Position numbers and translations under genes: made by a program
Assembly (NCBI RefSeq): GCF_009914755.1
Contig: NC_060936.1
Source of the DNA: the human T2T-CHM13v2.0 reference genome, Homo sapiens
Direction: 5' to 3' (one strand)
Length of the DNA stretch: 64,000 nucleotides
Notes under the pieces: model-generated
What the model was told of the DNA's origin: nothing
Database searches by the model: none
What the model saw: the letters and a program-made list of their open reading frames with translations, nothing else
Shown here: one piece after another, positions 41,295 through 57,440 of the stretch
Position numbering within the stretch: the stretch's first letter is position 1
Layout of the letters: each line of letters starts with the position of its first letter

Positions 41295-41396
41295 ATTTTC
41301 CAGGTGGCCAGGCATGTTGGGATATTATATGTAAACATCTTGGCTTGAAGTTTCAGAATCTGAACATTGCTTTCTTCCCATTCATGTTGAAGTAAC
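41295..41396 (-). CDS. ZFC3H1: ZFC3H1 exon
   Basis: LLQHEWEESNVQILKLQAKMFTYNIPTCLATWK(I); 102 nt, phase 2/2. Confidence 0.9.
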
Positions 41397-42843
41397 CTGT
41401 AAAGTACATTCAGGAAAATGAACAAAGCATTGCAAGTGTAACGAACCCCAAATGTGCTCTATGAGCACAATGACGAAGTATAAATTTTGATTAGTTAAAT
41501 TCCATCAAGACTACCCAGCAAATATTTTAGAATGCCTCTTACAAAAATTACCCTGGGACAGGAATGTGCAAACTACGAAGAGGTCAAGTCAAGATCTATG
41601 CTCATCTTACCAAACTACACTAAGGTCCATGTATTTCTATAGGACATGAAAGCATTCCCGCCAAATAACAGTCCCTGTTTCCCACCCCAATTTTTTTTTA
41701 AAGTAATGGCTTGATAGTAATGCAATTTCCTGGTATTTTTCTTTCTTAGAGTATGATCAGTCTTGAATGTTTCTTGAACTAAAATGCATGTATAGTAACT
41801 ATTAAAGTTCTTTATTCTCCTGGAAAAAAAGAACAGGGATGACCAGAGGAAATAAGTATCAAAACACAGATGTAGGGATTTACCAACAAAATAAACAAGT
41901 AAACTACCTATATTCTAAAATGCCTATCACAATAGAAAATCATGTCAAAATATGACATTTTCTATTTCACGTTTTATCAAAGGTGTTTCATAATTAACAT
42001 TTCTGTAATGAGCTTCTACAGATTGGCAGGCTTGCTAAGAAAACTGTAAAATACTACCATTATGTTTGTCTCAACTTTAGTTTTTAAACTTTTATACGAT
42101 TTTCCCCACATACATGCTAAATGAAATGTAAATCCTTTAAAACATAAGGGAACATTTCATAAATATTTTAGGCATCTTATGATCCATAAAACATTAAGAT
42201 ACAACTGATGCAGTGGGAATGACTGCAAACGTGGAAGCCAGTGCATTAGCATGCAGGGTACCTTTTTGAATTAAAAAGCATAATTCTTGCGGATGAAAGT
42301 GGATTTGCTGTATCAGAGCAGAGAAACTACAAAGAAAGGCTGAGAAATCTCGTTCTGATCGAATATATGAAATCCCTAATCAGTGCTTCAAAAATGTAGT
42401 GTGAGGGCTCAAGGTCAGGAATCTACATTTTAAATGAGCATCCCAGGAGATTCTAATGTTTGCCAATATTTGAGAGCAACTGACCTAGGTGAAAATATGA
42501 AAACATCTTAAATAATATTCCCTTGCCGTGGAAAACAAGCTTACTGCTTATAATGCACATGCTAAGGACAGATGGTGTGTGTTTAGGGAACACAGATGAA
42601 CTTTACTTGAATGGAATTATTTGCCCCTTTGTAACCTGAAGTTTTCTGAAGCGACCAGAATTTTTACACTGACTTTTGAATGAATAGCTAAATATTGGCT
42701 TAACAACTCTGAAATTAAGCAGTATATATTCATGAGGACATAGTGGAACAACAGACTATTTTTATCAAGTTTTCAAGAATAATCTTATATAAAGAGCCTA
42801 TTCCATTAGGCAGAGGACCAAAAGAATGTTAAGTTTTTCTTAC

Positions 42844-42944
42844 CTCAATGCAAGTCCAGAATTAGCTGGCATAACTGAACAAAACCGTTCCAAGGTTTTG
42901 GAATGCTGGGTCTTTGGAACACAGCTCAAATAAAAGAAAATAAC
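42844..42944 (-). CDS. ZFC3H1: ZFC3H1 exon
   Basis: VIFFYLSCVPKTQHSKTLERFCSVMPANSGLAL(R); 101 nt. Confidence 0.9.
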
Positions 42945-44044
42945 CTGTAAAGGTTGAGGGGGGCGAAAAATGAATGCAACCAAAATGTGAAATCCAATTA
43001 CCTATGTGTTTTAACACGAAAACCAAAATGGTCTTTAAGATATGAATGTATAAATTATAATAATGTATGATGTTGTGAGTTACAGTTCCTACCATTAATT
43101 TTATTAGTGACTTTCCAAATATGAATTAGGAAATATGGTCTAGTGATGAGAGCCATGGGCAGAACACTGACAAGAAGCCAGGAGTCTGGGTTTTCATTCC
43201 TGAGTCTACCTTTACTTGCTGTATAGCTCGGCAAGTCATAGGGCTAATAATACCTGCTACATCTTGCTCATGGAATGCCCGTGTGTAAATGACTTAATGT
43301 CCATAAAGTGGTTTGAGATCCTGGGATAAAGAATGGCATAGAAGTACAAAGCATAATAATTGGTTATCCTGATTAGCAACAAAACCACCCCACCAAAAAT
43401 AAATAAATAAAACATATATATGTTTTAGTCTACAATGAGCTTTAGCAAGGAGCTTTTTAGCCTATAATGCACTGAATAAAAGTGGTGTCTGAAAAAAAAT
43501 TTTTTTAAAAGATAATCACAAAACTATATCATTAATTAGATTCTACTTTTAGAATTATAAGCAGCACCTAATTTTAAACTTTCTTATGCCTTGTGTATAG
43601 CTATATTTGCTTGACAAAATATTAACAAAGAGAGCAGCTACAATGTATAAGTCCATTCTTATTTATTTTGAAGTTACTAAATTTTTCATTCAGTAGAATT
43701 TTCAACTACTCAAGCAAAACATTACAGGTATTACAATAGAATCTTTCATTTGACGTGTTTTTTCATTAATATGTATTACATCTTAATATCCCTTCAATTT
43801 TGCTTCAAATGTTAAATTTTCATAACCATAACATAATAATTAATGCACATTTTAATTGTGCCTTAAAGGGCTCTATTGCTAGACTCTGAATAGATAAATA
43901 AGAAACATAGTCAAGAATAATAGTGAATGTTAAGAAAGTAGTCCTAGGAAAAGCTCTCTTGATATAAAACAGGAGTTTTGCTATCATTTTTAAAGTCTCT
44001 TTGTTTTACACAAATATCTAAAGAAAAAAGTTTTGAGTTCTTAC

Positions 44045-44210
44045 CCTATTATGAAATTCATAGTTGGACCAGTAATCAGCACTGCTAAAAGGAATGGGGT
44101 ATCGGGCAGGGACTGTAACCAAACATCTATTCACTAAATCAGTAAAAAATTTGAATTCTTGAACTTTGTTTCTGGATCCAGCAGCTCTATTATTTGCAAA
44201 GACAAGATAA
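44045..44210 (-). CDS. ZFC3H1: ZFC3H1 exon
   Basis: YLVFANNRAAGSRNKVQEFKFFTDLVNRCLVTVPARYPIPFSSADYWSNYEFHNR; 166 nt. Confidence 0.9.
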
Positions 44211-44343
44211 CTGCCAAAAGAAAAATATTATAATTTAGAATAACTAAGACAGTAGTTCTCTCACCAAGAAAGCTGGTCACCCCTTTCCCGATCATACCCC
44301 TTTATCCCCAAATCTCATTCTTATCAAGAAAACCTAAACTTAC

Positions 44344-44448
44344 TCCATCCATATCTTCTGTACTATATCACATCTCATAGCCACCCCTAATGCTGCCTCA
44401 TATGCCTCCACTGTTTCTTTAATACTTGATTGAAGAGGATGACAAAGG
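44344..44448 (-). CDS. ZFC3H1: ZFC3H1 exon
   Basis: LCHPLQSSIKETVEAYEAALGVAMRCDIVQKIWM; 105 nt. Confidence 0.9.
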
Positions 44449-44715
44449 CTGTTTAAAAAATGAAGGAAAACATATGTCTATCATTCATTTCCATCAGGTG
44501 AAGGAATGACAAAGTATTTTAAACATTACAGATGTTATTACAATAGAATCCTTCTTTTGACCTTTCTTCTCTAGTATATACTAAACCTTAGCATCTCTTC
44601 AATTGTGCTTCAATGACTTTAACATCAAGTTAATTATAACAAACACAGTGTAATTCAGTAATAAATAGCAAATGCAGGCCTAGTATGCAATATCTCTCCA
44701 CAGTGGATGTCTCAC

Positions 44716-44826
44716 CAGTAAATCAGCCACAAATAAGGAACTTGGTGGTTAAACATATCATCATCAAAATTCCCTTTACATAAACGAGATGGAATGTCAA
44801 TTGGTCCTGGAATATTTAAGAGATAC
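44716..44826 (-). CDS. ZFC3H1: ZFC3H1 exon
   Basis: YLLNIPGPIDIPSRLCKGNFDDDMFNHQVPYLWLIY; 111 nt. Confidence 0.9.
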
Positions 44827-44949
44827 CTGAAAAAAAAAATCCAAATATTGTTTTAAATTACACCTACCCACACAGGAATTACACACATATTTTTTAAAAT
44901 CGTTAGTTTCACTTAAATTTCATTGAAATATTTTTTTAGAAAGCAATGA

Positions 44950-45814
<865 letters not shown>

Positions 45815-47491
45815 AGATTTACTAAACCTTATATCTGAAAGTAATCTCTCTCACATACAGCCATACACACATACAACCCATTTAAGTTTAATTTTAGACA
45901 TGATATCAAAGTGTATTCTATAACACATTAGCCTGTAAGGTACCTGTCAAAAGATCTATGATCAAATAAGGTTGGGAAATACTACAAATTATAGCCCCAT
46001 CTTGAAAAGCCACAATACTTACTAGGATTATAGGTCAATCCCAGTGACTCTAAGAAGTCAATCAGTATAGAATTCTACTTGACTAAGTCCATCTTCCTTC
46101 CAATGTATTTTAATTTGTGTGTATGATACTTACCACCATCTTTAAGAACAATGTTTTTAAAGGAAATACATTGATCGCAAAAATGACAATCTAGTATAAC
46201 TATTTATCTTAAATTTTTAAATAATTGCAAGGGAACAAGTCTTAATGAATTAGACGGGCTGTATGGGGGGCAAACACAAGAAAGAGAAGAAATAGAACAT
46301 CTAGAAGTTAGGTTATCATCCTGACTTTGCCAAGACAAGCTACATCACCATGAGTTAATCCCTTAACTTCCTCACTGAAAACTGAGATGGTCAGAAGAGA
46401 TGACTTCAAATCTAATCTACTTAAGACTATAATCCCTAGTTTAACTTTACTAAAGTAAATGAAATCCCCAAATTAATTTTTCTGGCTATCTACTTAATCT
46501 TCAAATTGACTTGAAACACATGAAAATTACCCTATCTAGTTCTTTCTGCCTGCCATCTTTATACTAAATGTCACATAGAGAGTTGACAGAATTCAACTCC
46601 AGGTAAAAATTATAGTGCTAAGCATTTTGCTTAACAATTTCTACTCATGAAATTTTAAAAGTATTTTGAACCAATTAAGAGCAGATTTCTCCTATTAATA
46701 AACATTGACAACTTATGAATTTAAAAAACTTATATCAATATACAATAAGTATGGCAATGCCAAAAATGGTCTCATCTATCGTCATTCTCCTAATATCTGA
46801 TGAAAAAGACTCTCTAACAGAAATGCACAATCTTTGTGTAACCAAGAGTTTCACTATTGTCTAAATAAGCTATAAACAGGATACCTTTTTCTCTTAATTC
46901 TCAGTGAATTATGACTATTTCCACAAAGGAATTTAATAAAGATGACTTAGTAATGAGAATATATTTGGAGACAACTCATTTTCAAATTTTTATTGATGCT
47001 TATTTATTCTGCCAATTAAGCTGGCATCAAGAAGATCTGAAGATCTTTCATTAGTTACCAAGGCAGAAATTGGTAGCATTTTCTTTTAAACTAAACCAAT
47101 TATCTCTGTGCCCAAGACCAGAACCAGCAAGTCTCTAAAGAGTTTGGTTCAGCCTTGAATTAGCCCTTTGCCTGAGCTTGAGATGTTAAAGCAAACTAAT
47201 TTAAACGAGGAAGAAACTGAGTATGGAGAAGCTGAAAAATCTCTAAATCCCTTATGGAAGTTTAATTATTTTCTATTAATTTGCATTTAAAATTATTTCA
47301 TTTGTAATTATTTGTAAATATTAATCTGGATGTAACAGAGCAGAAAGAAGGGCCCTTTGGGAAGGGCACTAAAATCGCTATGGCAATAAACTGGCTACCA
47401 TAAGAGGACATATATAAAGACTCAAGTCTGGGAGGGAATAGTGTCCCCAAATCTTAAATAAAACTGCCATGTTCACAACAAGTTCTAGGGT

Positions 47492-47800
<309 letters not shown>

Positions 47801-48009
47801 CAAAAACAAAAAACAAGTTCTAGGTTGAATAGATCACTTACTTAACAAAATTTGGGCTTTAAGATTCTATTTTCGCTCATCTGTATTTTCTACAAGAAAT
47901 TTTTTGGGGAGATATTCAGCTTAGGTCTTTCTTCTCTTGTTCTTCCTAATACAAAATAATAGAGTATGTTGTGATAAAATATTTTCCTTTTGATGCTGTT
48001 TTACTTATG

Positions 48010-48195
48010 ATCGGCAAACCATGCCTATTTTTGTAAACAGTTATACTGGAACACAGTCATAACCATTCACTTGCATTTCATCTATGGCTGGTTTCTCAAT
48101 AAAGCAACATAGTAGAGTAGTGGTAATAGACTACATGGCCTGCTAACCTAAAATATTTACTTTCTGGCTCTTAAGAAAAAAGTTTGCTAACCCCA
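48010..48195. mobile_element. MER58A-like hAT element
   Basis: GGCAAAC...AAAATATTTACTTTCTGGC...AAAGTTTGCTAACCCC. Confidence 0.7.
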
Positions 48196-48821
48196 TAAAG
48201 AGATGAGGACAAAGGAAAGATAATTTTAAGAGCCTCCCCCCAAAAAATCATTATTCAAAATCTGCCATGACCTCTTACTGTTGGAATAGGAACTCTCAGG
48301 AAAGACAGCAAGCACAGCTCTATATGAGCTATTAAGAAATTAATGGTTGAGAAAAGAATCCTCTGAAACGTCTTACTCTATAACATTTCAGAGGCTAGAG
48401 CAGTTCTCTTCAGAATTAAAAAAAGAAAAAGGCGTATTATTTATATTCACTTTGATGACCTATCAAATAAATGAAAATACATTTTGTAAAAAATCACTGA
48501 GATTGCCTTGGGATAATTAAGTGCTATAATATTAAGTACTAAAATTAACAACAATAACGATAAAGTAAAAGAATGAGTTACTATGGTGTTAATATATGCC
48601 TTACTTTGTACAGTGTGTTTAATCCACAGAATGTTAAAGAATTTTCCATCTTGCCTCCATTTTTATTGTTCTATTTATTCTGTTTCAAGTATTCTGTTAA
48701 GTGGGTATTCAAGTACTAAAAAGTCAGTCTAAAATGTCATCATATAAGAAAAAAACTGTAATCTTTCTACTGAACTGTGCTCTCTCTCATTCCTCTACAA
48801 ACTAAGAATTCTACAACTTAC

Positions 48822-48916
48822 CGAAACAGATCCAAGTTATTATACTTCTCAAACCCCGGTTTAAAGAAGGATGCAATAAATTTCCGCAAAAATGGAAGAA
48901 GATTATCGCCTCGATT
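48822..48916 (-). CDS. ZFC3H1: ZFC3H1 exon
   Basis: NRGDNLLPFLRKFIASFFKPGFEKYNNLDLF(R); 95 nt. Confidence 0.9.
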
Positions 48917-49432
48917 CTATTTTAAAAAGAGGGAGGGGGATATATATCAGGCTTACAATGTTTAATTAAAATGTCACGAGGGAGAAAAAAAGCCTTAAAA
49001 AAGTACTCATTAGATTAAGTTTCTTGAGTGGGTAAGGGGCGGAGGGGATAAGTTTGAGACATACTCAGAAAACTTTTATATTTTACTCTCTGAATTAAGT
49101 TCAACTAATGATTAAACAGCTTAACTTCTAGTATTACCACAGGCTCATATTTCATCCACCAATTATGTATTAGCCATCTAGCACCATGGTAGGCGTTGGG
49201 CTGCAAATATGAGTAAACATGTTCCTTGCCTTCAAGAAGTTTAGTATAGTATATATTAAAGCAGCTAGGAATAAAATTACAAAGCACTGTACTAAGTGCT
49301 ATGGCAAAGAGAGAAGGAACACCTAACACTGCTTGCAAAGGGTAAAAGGACCAGGAAACACTTCCTGGTGAGGCCAATAGCAAAATTTGAAACATAAAAG
49401 CATCATATTTAAGAATTATGCATCATTTTTAC

Positions 49433-49631
49433 CTGTAAGATGAAGAATTTGCACATATGATAAAAAACCTCTGCATTCTGAGGATTTTTTTCAAATGCAG
49501 TAAGCCACACTGCTCTGGCTTTGTCATGCTGATTTGTTTGCAAATATAATGCAACAAGGGCTTCCAGCAACTGGCAGTTAATAGGACATGATTCCAATAA
49601 AGATTTACAAAGCTCCATTGCAGCCTCATAC
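49433..49631 (-). CDS. ZFC3H1: ZFC3H1 exon, TPR-like
   Basis: YEAAMELCKSLLESCP...MCKFFILQ within ORF 49409-49639; 199 nt. Confidence 0.92.
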
Positions 49632-49716
49632 CTTAACAAAAAAGAAAAAAAAAGGCTAAAGACATGAAAAGATCACTTTTTAATATAAGGTTAGCTGCTT
49701 GGCAATTAAGTTGTAC

Positions 49717-49822
49717 CTCTCCAGGAGTTGGTGCAGAGCAATCATGTTTGTGTAAAGTGGAAGGCAGGCCTCTATTCTTTCCTCAACAGCAAGGCTCTCA
49801 TCTGTGCAAGCTTTCACTGCAT
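49717..49822 (-). CDS. ZFC3H1: ZFC3H1 exon
   Basis: (D)AVKACTDESLAVEERIEACLPLYTNMIALHQLLE(R); 106 nt. Confidence 0.9.
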
Positions 49823-50737
49823 CTACCCAAAAACATCACAACAACATGAATCACGTCAATCATAAAAATGAAATATTTGACTGTGTTACTTCAACTCTGA
49901 GAGACCAATGGGAAAAGATGACCCCTCCCTTTGATTACCCATCCATCATCTTATTCACCTTTACTGAGCTGGCTTTTACTCAAAGGAAGTAATTCAAGTA
50001 ATCTCCAAAATCCTAAAATTCAATTCCTTACCCTCAACTTTCCTGGTAAGAATAAAGCCATCCCATATGAGCTTTTGCATCTATCAGTGTTTTCATTTAA
50101 ACAAGTATCTCTGCAATTATCCTAAATTCTTTAAAATCCATCTCAACAAAAAAAAAATTACAGAATAAATTATCTTTTCATCTTTCCCTGACCACTGCAA
50201 AGGAGGTCTTGCTCTGCTGCCCCACAGCCATTTGAATGTCTCTCCAAACTAGATCCTTTCCTTACTCCATCAAAACACACTTTTCCCCTTGTAAAGAGTT
50301 CTTTCTTGATCTTTTTGCCACTTATTAAACGGTACAATGTTTTACTTTGCCCAGCTGTGACCATTTCCTCCTTACCCAATGGTACCACAGCTTCCCAGAT
50401 CTGTGGAGTTTAAAAGTGAATGCAATCACTTTGAAACTGTCTTCTTGAAGTTCATTCATAAGGACTCATATCTAACCAAACATAAAAGCTCACCTCTACC
50501 TTCATTTTATTTAACATTTGACAGTGTTCTTTCCCTTCTTTTTAATTTCTTCTTGCCTCTGCTTCCAATAGATTGTTTAAATTTCCTCTTAGTCCCATTT
50601 TAATGACTCTACTCTCCCTTTTACTCCTTACTGTTATGCTCTTAAATCTCATTTCCTCAGAAAAAATATCTCATAGCCTCAACTACTGCATAATTTACTT
50701 CAAAAGCACATTATAAAAACTGTAAAGCACCCTGTAA

Positions 50738-51111
<374 letters not shown>

Positions 51112-51967
51112 AAGGTCCACTTCCTTATTTCCTACCGCCAACAATCATTTCCACTTGAATGACCAATTACAATCACAAATACTACTCCTACCATCAAAAT
51201 CAGTCTTCCCAACTTACCAGTTTTCTATTAATGACACTTTCCTTTTCCCAGTCTCAAAACCCTGAAATCTTTGTTTACTCCTCCTCCTCTTCCCTGACAT
51301 TTAATCTTCAACCCCCCCGCCTCACCCCCATGTATTTCCATGTGATAACTTAAAATATCTCTAATATCCTCCTTACCAGAATACTTTTCTTGTACTTCAG
51401 TTACTGCCATCAGCTTCTGGTTGGTTTTCCTACCATTGGTATAATTTCTCTTCAAGCACATTCTCTTTCTTAAAGAACCTCTACTGCCATCCAGTCTACC
51501 ACATTTTCAAGATTCTTGACAATCAAGTATCATTCTACTTATCAAGCTTAATCACTACTATTGTCCAGCACAGAATTCTCAGTCTGATAAGACCTATCCC
51601 TTTTCCCAATCTCACTTCAAATCCATTGCATAAATTCCCTTCTACCTGTTGCTTTTTGTTTATTTAACTCCCCTAACAGTAATGTCCTTTCTTTTCTCTC
51701 CTTCCTTCACAGGGTATTTAATAAGCACTTAATAATTTGCCAGACATCCTTACAGGCCCTTAGGAGTAAAATGATAAATAAGACAAGGGTCCACCCCATC
51801 TCTGATGAGACCCACTTTGTCATACTGATAGCCATGCTTCGACATCTAGCTCCAGGTCCCCATTCTTCTATGAAGACTTCCTTGATCATGCCAATCTATA
51901 ATAATCTCTTCCCTTTGGGTTCATGGCCTGTATCAAATAATTCTATAAATCACAGATCCTAGTCTCT

Positions 51968-52265
51968 TTTTTTTTTCTTTTTTTTAGAGACTGAGTCTCA
52001 CTCTGTTATCCAGGCTGAAGTACAATGGCATGATCTCAGCTCACTGTAACCTTCGCCTCCTGGGCTCAAGCGATTCTCATGCCTCAGCCTCCCGAGTAGC
52101 TGGGAATACAGGCGTGAATCACCACGCCCGGCTAAATTTTGTATTTTTAGTAGAGATAGGGATTCATCATGTTGGCCAGACTGGTCTCGAACTCCTGACC
52201 TCAGGCAATCCGCGCACCTTGGCCTCCTTGGCTGGGATTACAGGCGTGAGCCACTGTGCCCGGCC
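51968..52265 (-). mobile_element. AluS
   Basis: Full dimer; TSD CTAGTCTCTTT. Confidence 0.9.
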
Positions 52266-52864
52266 CTAGTCTCTTTTACGTAGCATACAATTTAGACTAT
52301 ATACTAACACACAGTTATATGGCCTTGTATGTTTAATAATTATGACAAATGTATAGATTTTATCTTCTGACTAGGCTATATACTTCCTTCAGGAAGAGGC
52401 TTTATATCTTGTAATGTGTTCCACAATAGTCGTATCATTTAATATAGAGAAGCAACCAAACTCACTGACTGATGGAGAAAATATTAATTGGTTGAAAAGA
52501 TAGAAATCTTTAAACTTCCACCTTAATGGACTGCTAAAAAAAAAAAAAGTACCTAGTTCTCTGATTTAATCAATTCATCAAACTTACATAATTTATTTTC
52601 TCTACGCATTTAACAGATATCCTTTGCCACAATCAGAAAGATAAACAATGTAATATCGTGCAGTTATTGGTTTTCAAAGATGCCAGTGTCCATCTTCTCT
52701 GATTCAAGACTTAATTTGCCTAATAAATTGTGAAACTAAAACTTGCAATATAGAGATATAAATTTGTTCCACTTAATTACAGAGAATCACAATAATGGGT
52801 AGTTAATGTTCTAAACACTGATGTTATAACAGTTGATATTACAATTTATAAACTTTATACTTAC

Positions 52865-53102
52865 CTTCAAAAACTGCTAACAACATGTCAGGATTAGTCT
52901 TTACATCTTGAACAGCTTGCCATGGCATTACAAATGATTCAGTGTTAACAATTCTTGAAGGATTATCATTAGATGGATCATAAAATTTTGAAGGGAGAAT
53001 GTTGAATTCAATAAGATGTATGTAGGCCAACCATGCCAAACATCGATCACTGGTTTTAAGGTATTCAGCTACTATTCCATCATTAGCAGATTTCAATGCA
53101 TT
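52865..53102 (-). CDS. ZFC3H1: ZFC3H1 exon
   Basis: NALKSANDGIVAEYLK...DMLLAVFE, overlapping ORF 52839-53096; 238 nt. Confidence 0.92.
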
Positions 53103-53608
53103 CTAGGCAAAATTTAAAATTTTTTGATAAAAAAATTAGAGATGTCAGTACCAGATTAACATAATTTTTACTATGCTAAAGTTTATGAAATAATAAAAAG
53201 GTCACATTTATTTGTACATTTTAAGTGTCCTGATACTTAAAATCTAATAAGACAAAGACAAAACAGTAAAAAGAAAAAAAATCTTTTAAACCACACCCAT
53301 ATAGATTATTTTCATCAGACTGATTTTTTTCCTTTATGGCTTAAATCTTGAAGTTTACCTGCGGATACTTAACATAAAATATTTTCATTGAAAACTTATA
53401 AAAACTCTAAAGATATTACACCCATCAGGCAAATGAGGAAATAAAGTCATAAACTTACCCAATGTCACATGACTTACTAGTAAGTGGAAAAACAAGGATT
53501 CAAATCCAAATCTTGTGCTTTCAACCATTAAATAATGCTATGGATAACGGTGTAGACCTTTTAAACTTTTTCTGCAAAATGCAATTAAATGCTGTACCAA
53601 GTGCTTAC

Positions 53609-53797
53609 CTGTAAAATTGCCAGTGCACTTTGGCATCTTCCAGTAAATATGTGCAGCTGAACTCTAAACAAAAGAGCCTCTAAAAGCTGAAAGGACAAAA
53701 TATTGGATGTTTCCTGCTTGGCTGCTCCCATCAGAAACTCCAACATTCTCTCACATACGTAATCCTTTTCTTCAAAGGTACTTTCTAGGTGTAGAAA
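53609..53797 (-). CDS. ZFC3H1: ZFC3H1 exon
   Basis: FLHLESTFEEKDYVCERMLEFLMG...QSALAILQ; 189 nt, phase 0/0. Confidence 0.88.
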
Positions 53798-54197
53798 CTG
53801 CCCAAAGGGCCTTTATATTATTAATGTTGCCTTTCAGGAATAAACCAAAACTACAGACTTTTCACATTTCATTAAGAAACCATCTCATAGTAAATCTTCA
53901 ACTTCTGCAAAAAGGATTACTGTAAAAATGTATAACTCCATCTTCTAGTACTACAACCTAGACTCCCTCTTCTATCACATATCGAAAAGTGGAATCAGAT
54001 GAAAACTAAAACAATACAGATATACTCTTAGAGATATCACTGAAGCAATTTCATTTCTCTTTTCCCTGACTTAAAAGGTAAATCGCAGCAAGATCATGAT
54101 GAATATCCAAAAGTACACATTTATTATCACATACAATTTGTGTTGCTTAGGTGTGTGACTGTATAAAAGTTTTGAGAATAGATTTGTATTAGAAATG

Positions 54198-54480
<283 letters not shown>

Positions 54481-54914
54481 TTAAAAAGAAAGAAAGGAAA
54501 TGCATGACAAAACACATTAAAGACCAAGCAATTTCAAAGAAAAATATTACATCTTTTGAATATTCCACACCCTATAAAATCTTGTAGTGATAACAGCATT
54601 CACTTACGTACAATGCTCTAGGTTAAAAAAAAATCAAGCATGCTTTACTATCCAAATCTGTTCACTACCTGAGTTCAAAGAGTAAGAAGTAGAGTAGCAA
54701 GTTTATTAAGCGGTATCATGTTATCCAAATCTATTTGGTTCACAACTTCAGTTGGTAAGTAAATGACAGATTTGACAGCAATAGATTTATTTAAAAATTT
54801 ATCTGAAACTAATGGCTCCCAAGTTCAGGTGATAAAAGTTCAGGTGAATATTTATTTTATTTCTCAAGTGGATCAATTATAATTTTAAGTCTGGGTAAAA
54901 AACATCCCATTCTT

Positions 54915-55199
54915 GGCTGGGCATGGTGGCTCACATCTATAGTCCCAGCACTTCAGGAGGCCCAGGCAGGAGGATTGCATGAGCCCAAGAGTTCAAGACC
55001 AACCTGGGCAACAGAGCAAAAACCCATCTCTACAAAAAATCTAAAAACTATCCAGGCATGGTAGCACGCATGTGTGGCCCCAGCTTTTCAGGAGGCTGAG
55101 TCCAGGAGGACTTGGGTCCAGGAGGTAGAGGCTGCAGTGAGTCACGACTGCACTACTGCACTCCAGCCTGGGTGACATAGAGAGACCCTGCCTCAAAAA
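54915..55199 (+). mobile_element. AluJ
   Basis: Diverged dimer. Confidence 0.85.
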
Positions 55200-55711
55200 C
55201 TGACAGCCAAAAAAACCATCTCATTCTCTTGGAGAAAGAGGAAGAGGCCATTTTTTCTCAATCAAATGTTTTTAGCTTGGCAATTTTAGATATTAGTGTG
55301 AATTACAGATTGGGATTATTTCTATAAGCAATGGAAACAAATAATAAAAAGACAAAAATGTTTCCTGGCAGTCATTATAATTTTATAGAGGCAATTTAAG
55401 ATAAATTTAAAAGAAACAATTTTTTCAGGTGTTTTGCAAAAGCTACACTTAACTTTGCCCAAACTAAAACTGTGTAAAAATAGGTAAGTGTGAAATTTTT
55501 AACAATTTTACATTTTTTCTTTACCAATAAAGTTAACAACAACAAAAAAATCACCTCTTCACTAAATATTTTCTTCTTGCTTAGTCTAAATTCTGATCCA
55601 GAAGTGGCTTTGTGGTTACTAGAAACTGAAAGTAAGGTTATTATGTCTATATTCAGATAAAGCATATGCTCTATTAAGCTACTTATCAATTTTTAAGATG
55701 ATCCAAATAAT

Positions 55712-55714
<3 letters not shown>

Positions 55715-55744
<30 letters not shown>
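55715..55744. repeat. (AC)15 microsatellite
   Basis: Direct read. Confidence 0.95.
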
Positions 55745-55746
<2 letters not shown>

Positions 55747-55766
55747 ACGTTATCTTTTCTACTCAC

Positions 55767-55953
55767 AGTCCAAAAGCTTTGATAATCTGGAGCATATTCA
55801 ACAGCTGTTTCACACATTTCCTGCACCTCGTCCTTGGTTCCTCTTTTTGAGAACAATCTGAGGTAATGGCACCAAATTTCTGGATTGTCTTTGTTATTTT
55901 CCAATGCTCGCGCCAGAACATTTAAAGCAGAATCCAAGGATTCTGAGCACTCC
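55767..55953 (-). CDS. ZFC3H1: ZFC3H1 exon, HAT/TPR-like
   Basis: ECSESLDSALNVLARALENNKDNPEIWCHYL...YQSFWT; 187 nt. Confidence 0.92.
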
Positions 55954-57256
55954 CTGTATATATAAAAGAAAAGGTGGAAGTGCTTTTTAGAACCTGCTTG
56001 AAAATTTAAATAGGGCTAATCCAATGAGTCAATTTTAAAATTCCATTTTCTACTAGAATTTACCAAGAAGTCAGGATCACTTATGAAAAGGGGTACTAGA
56101 TTTAAGATTTTAAATCACATGCCTAAAAGTTTCTGATTTTCCACAGACCCAACAATTTTTTTAAGTGAATGTTCAGTAAGCATTTACCACAGATAAAAGT
56201 ACAGTGTTATAAAACCACTAAGATTATCAACTTCAAATGTGCTTTATGTCCATATTCAGCAATACCTTTTATGATTTACACCATTTGGGAATGCGAAAAG
56301 TTAAACAACTCTCTCTCAAGGCCAGCTACTGCAAGTACAAAATATCAAAGCTTTCAGTATAATAGTTCTTTTCAACGGTCAAGGGCTTGCTATCTCTTGG
56401 AGAAGATAATTCTTTCTCATGATCCTATTCATAAAATAATGTATGGTTCTTTTGGCCTTCACTCAGTAAATGAGTCAGAAAAGAAAACACTGTAACTTAT
56501 CCCATTAACATGGAAATGACACACAGGAAAGTTAAATAAGCAACACATCCAGGCATGTGTGGGTTTATTAGCACTCTGCAGCACTGCCTTATTTAAAAGC
56601 TTTAAGATAGTCAAATATTTCAAAGAAACGTGTAAAAAAAAAAACCCTTGAATTATTGTAACTATAAAGTTATAATTATGAAAAGATTATTCTTGGCTTA
56701 TTTCTACTACCAAGAAGTTAGAAGATGCCATCTGCAATACAAACTATTGGTTGTATAAGTTATTACCATTTACCTTATTTAAATACATATAATTTAATAT
56801 GACAGAGACAGAAAGAAAATTCACCATAATTTGGAAGTTCTCAGATAAGCTTTAAATATCCATTACAAATTAACAAAATTTAACCTGTTCCACCATTATT
56901 TTATCATAATTTTATTAACAAACTATGACTACTATGATTTTTTTAAAAAACAATCAACCATTCCACTAGTCAGAATTTACTGTTTTAACTAATCCTACTT
57001 TGAAATAAGAGCCTACTGGAGTAAAAAACTTTAGTATAATTTATTACCCATACACTGAGCCATGCACACAAACTCAAGATCTAATCTTAAACTTGTCTAA
57101 TAGCTTTTAAACAATAAAATGCTTTTGGCTTTGTCAAAAAACAAAGACTCCATTGATACTAGGAAAGAAACCTGACTGATTACCATAGGTAAAAAAACCT
57201 CAAACATAAAAATATAAATGTGCAACTGTTTACACAAAGATTTGAAGTTGACCTAC

Positions 57257-57440
57257 CCCTCATTTTGATTCAAGTACTTGTACGCAAGCTTGAGCCAAAG
57301 TTGTACATGAGAAGGATTTTCAAGCACACTTGCTTCTAAATTAGCGATGTCATCAGTCTCATTTGTAAAGTATCTGACATCATCTGGAGTGACAACTGTA
57401 TCCAGAGCTGGAACATTTATTTGGTTCTCTGGCTGGAAAG
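57257..57440 (-). CDS. ZFC3H1: ZFC3H1 exon
   Basis: FQPENQINVPALDTVVTPDDVRYF...QLWLKLAYKYLNQNE; 184 nt. Confidence 0.9.
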
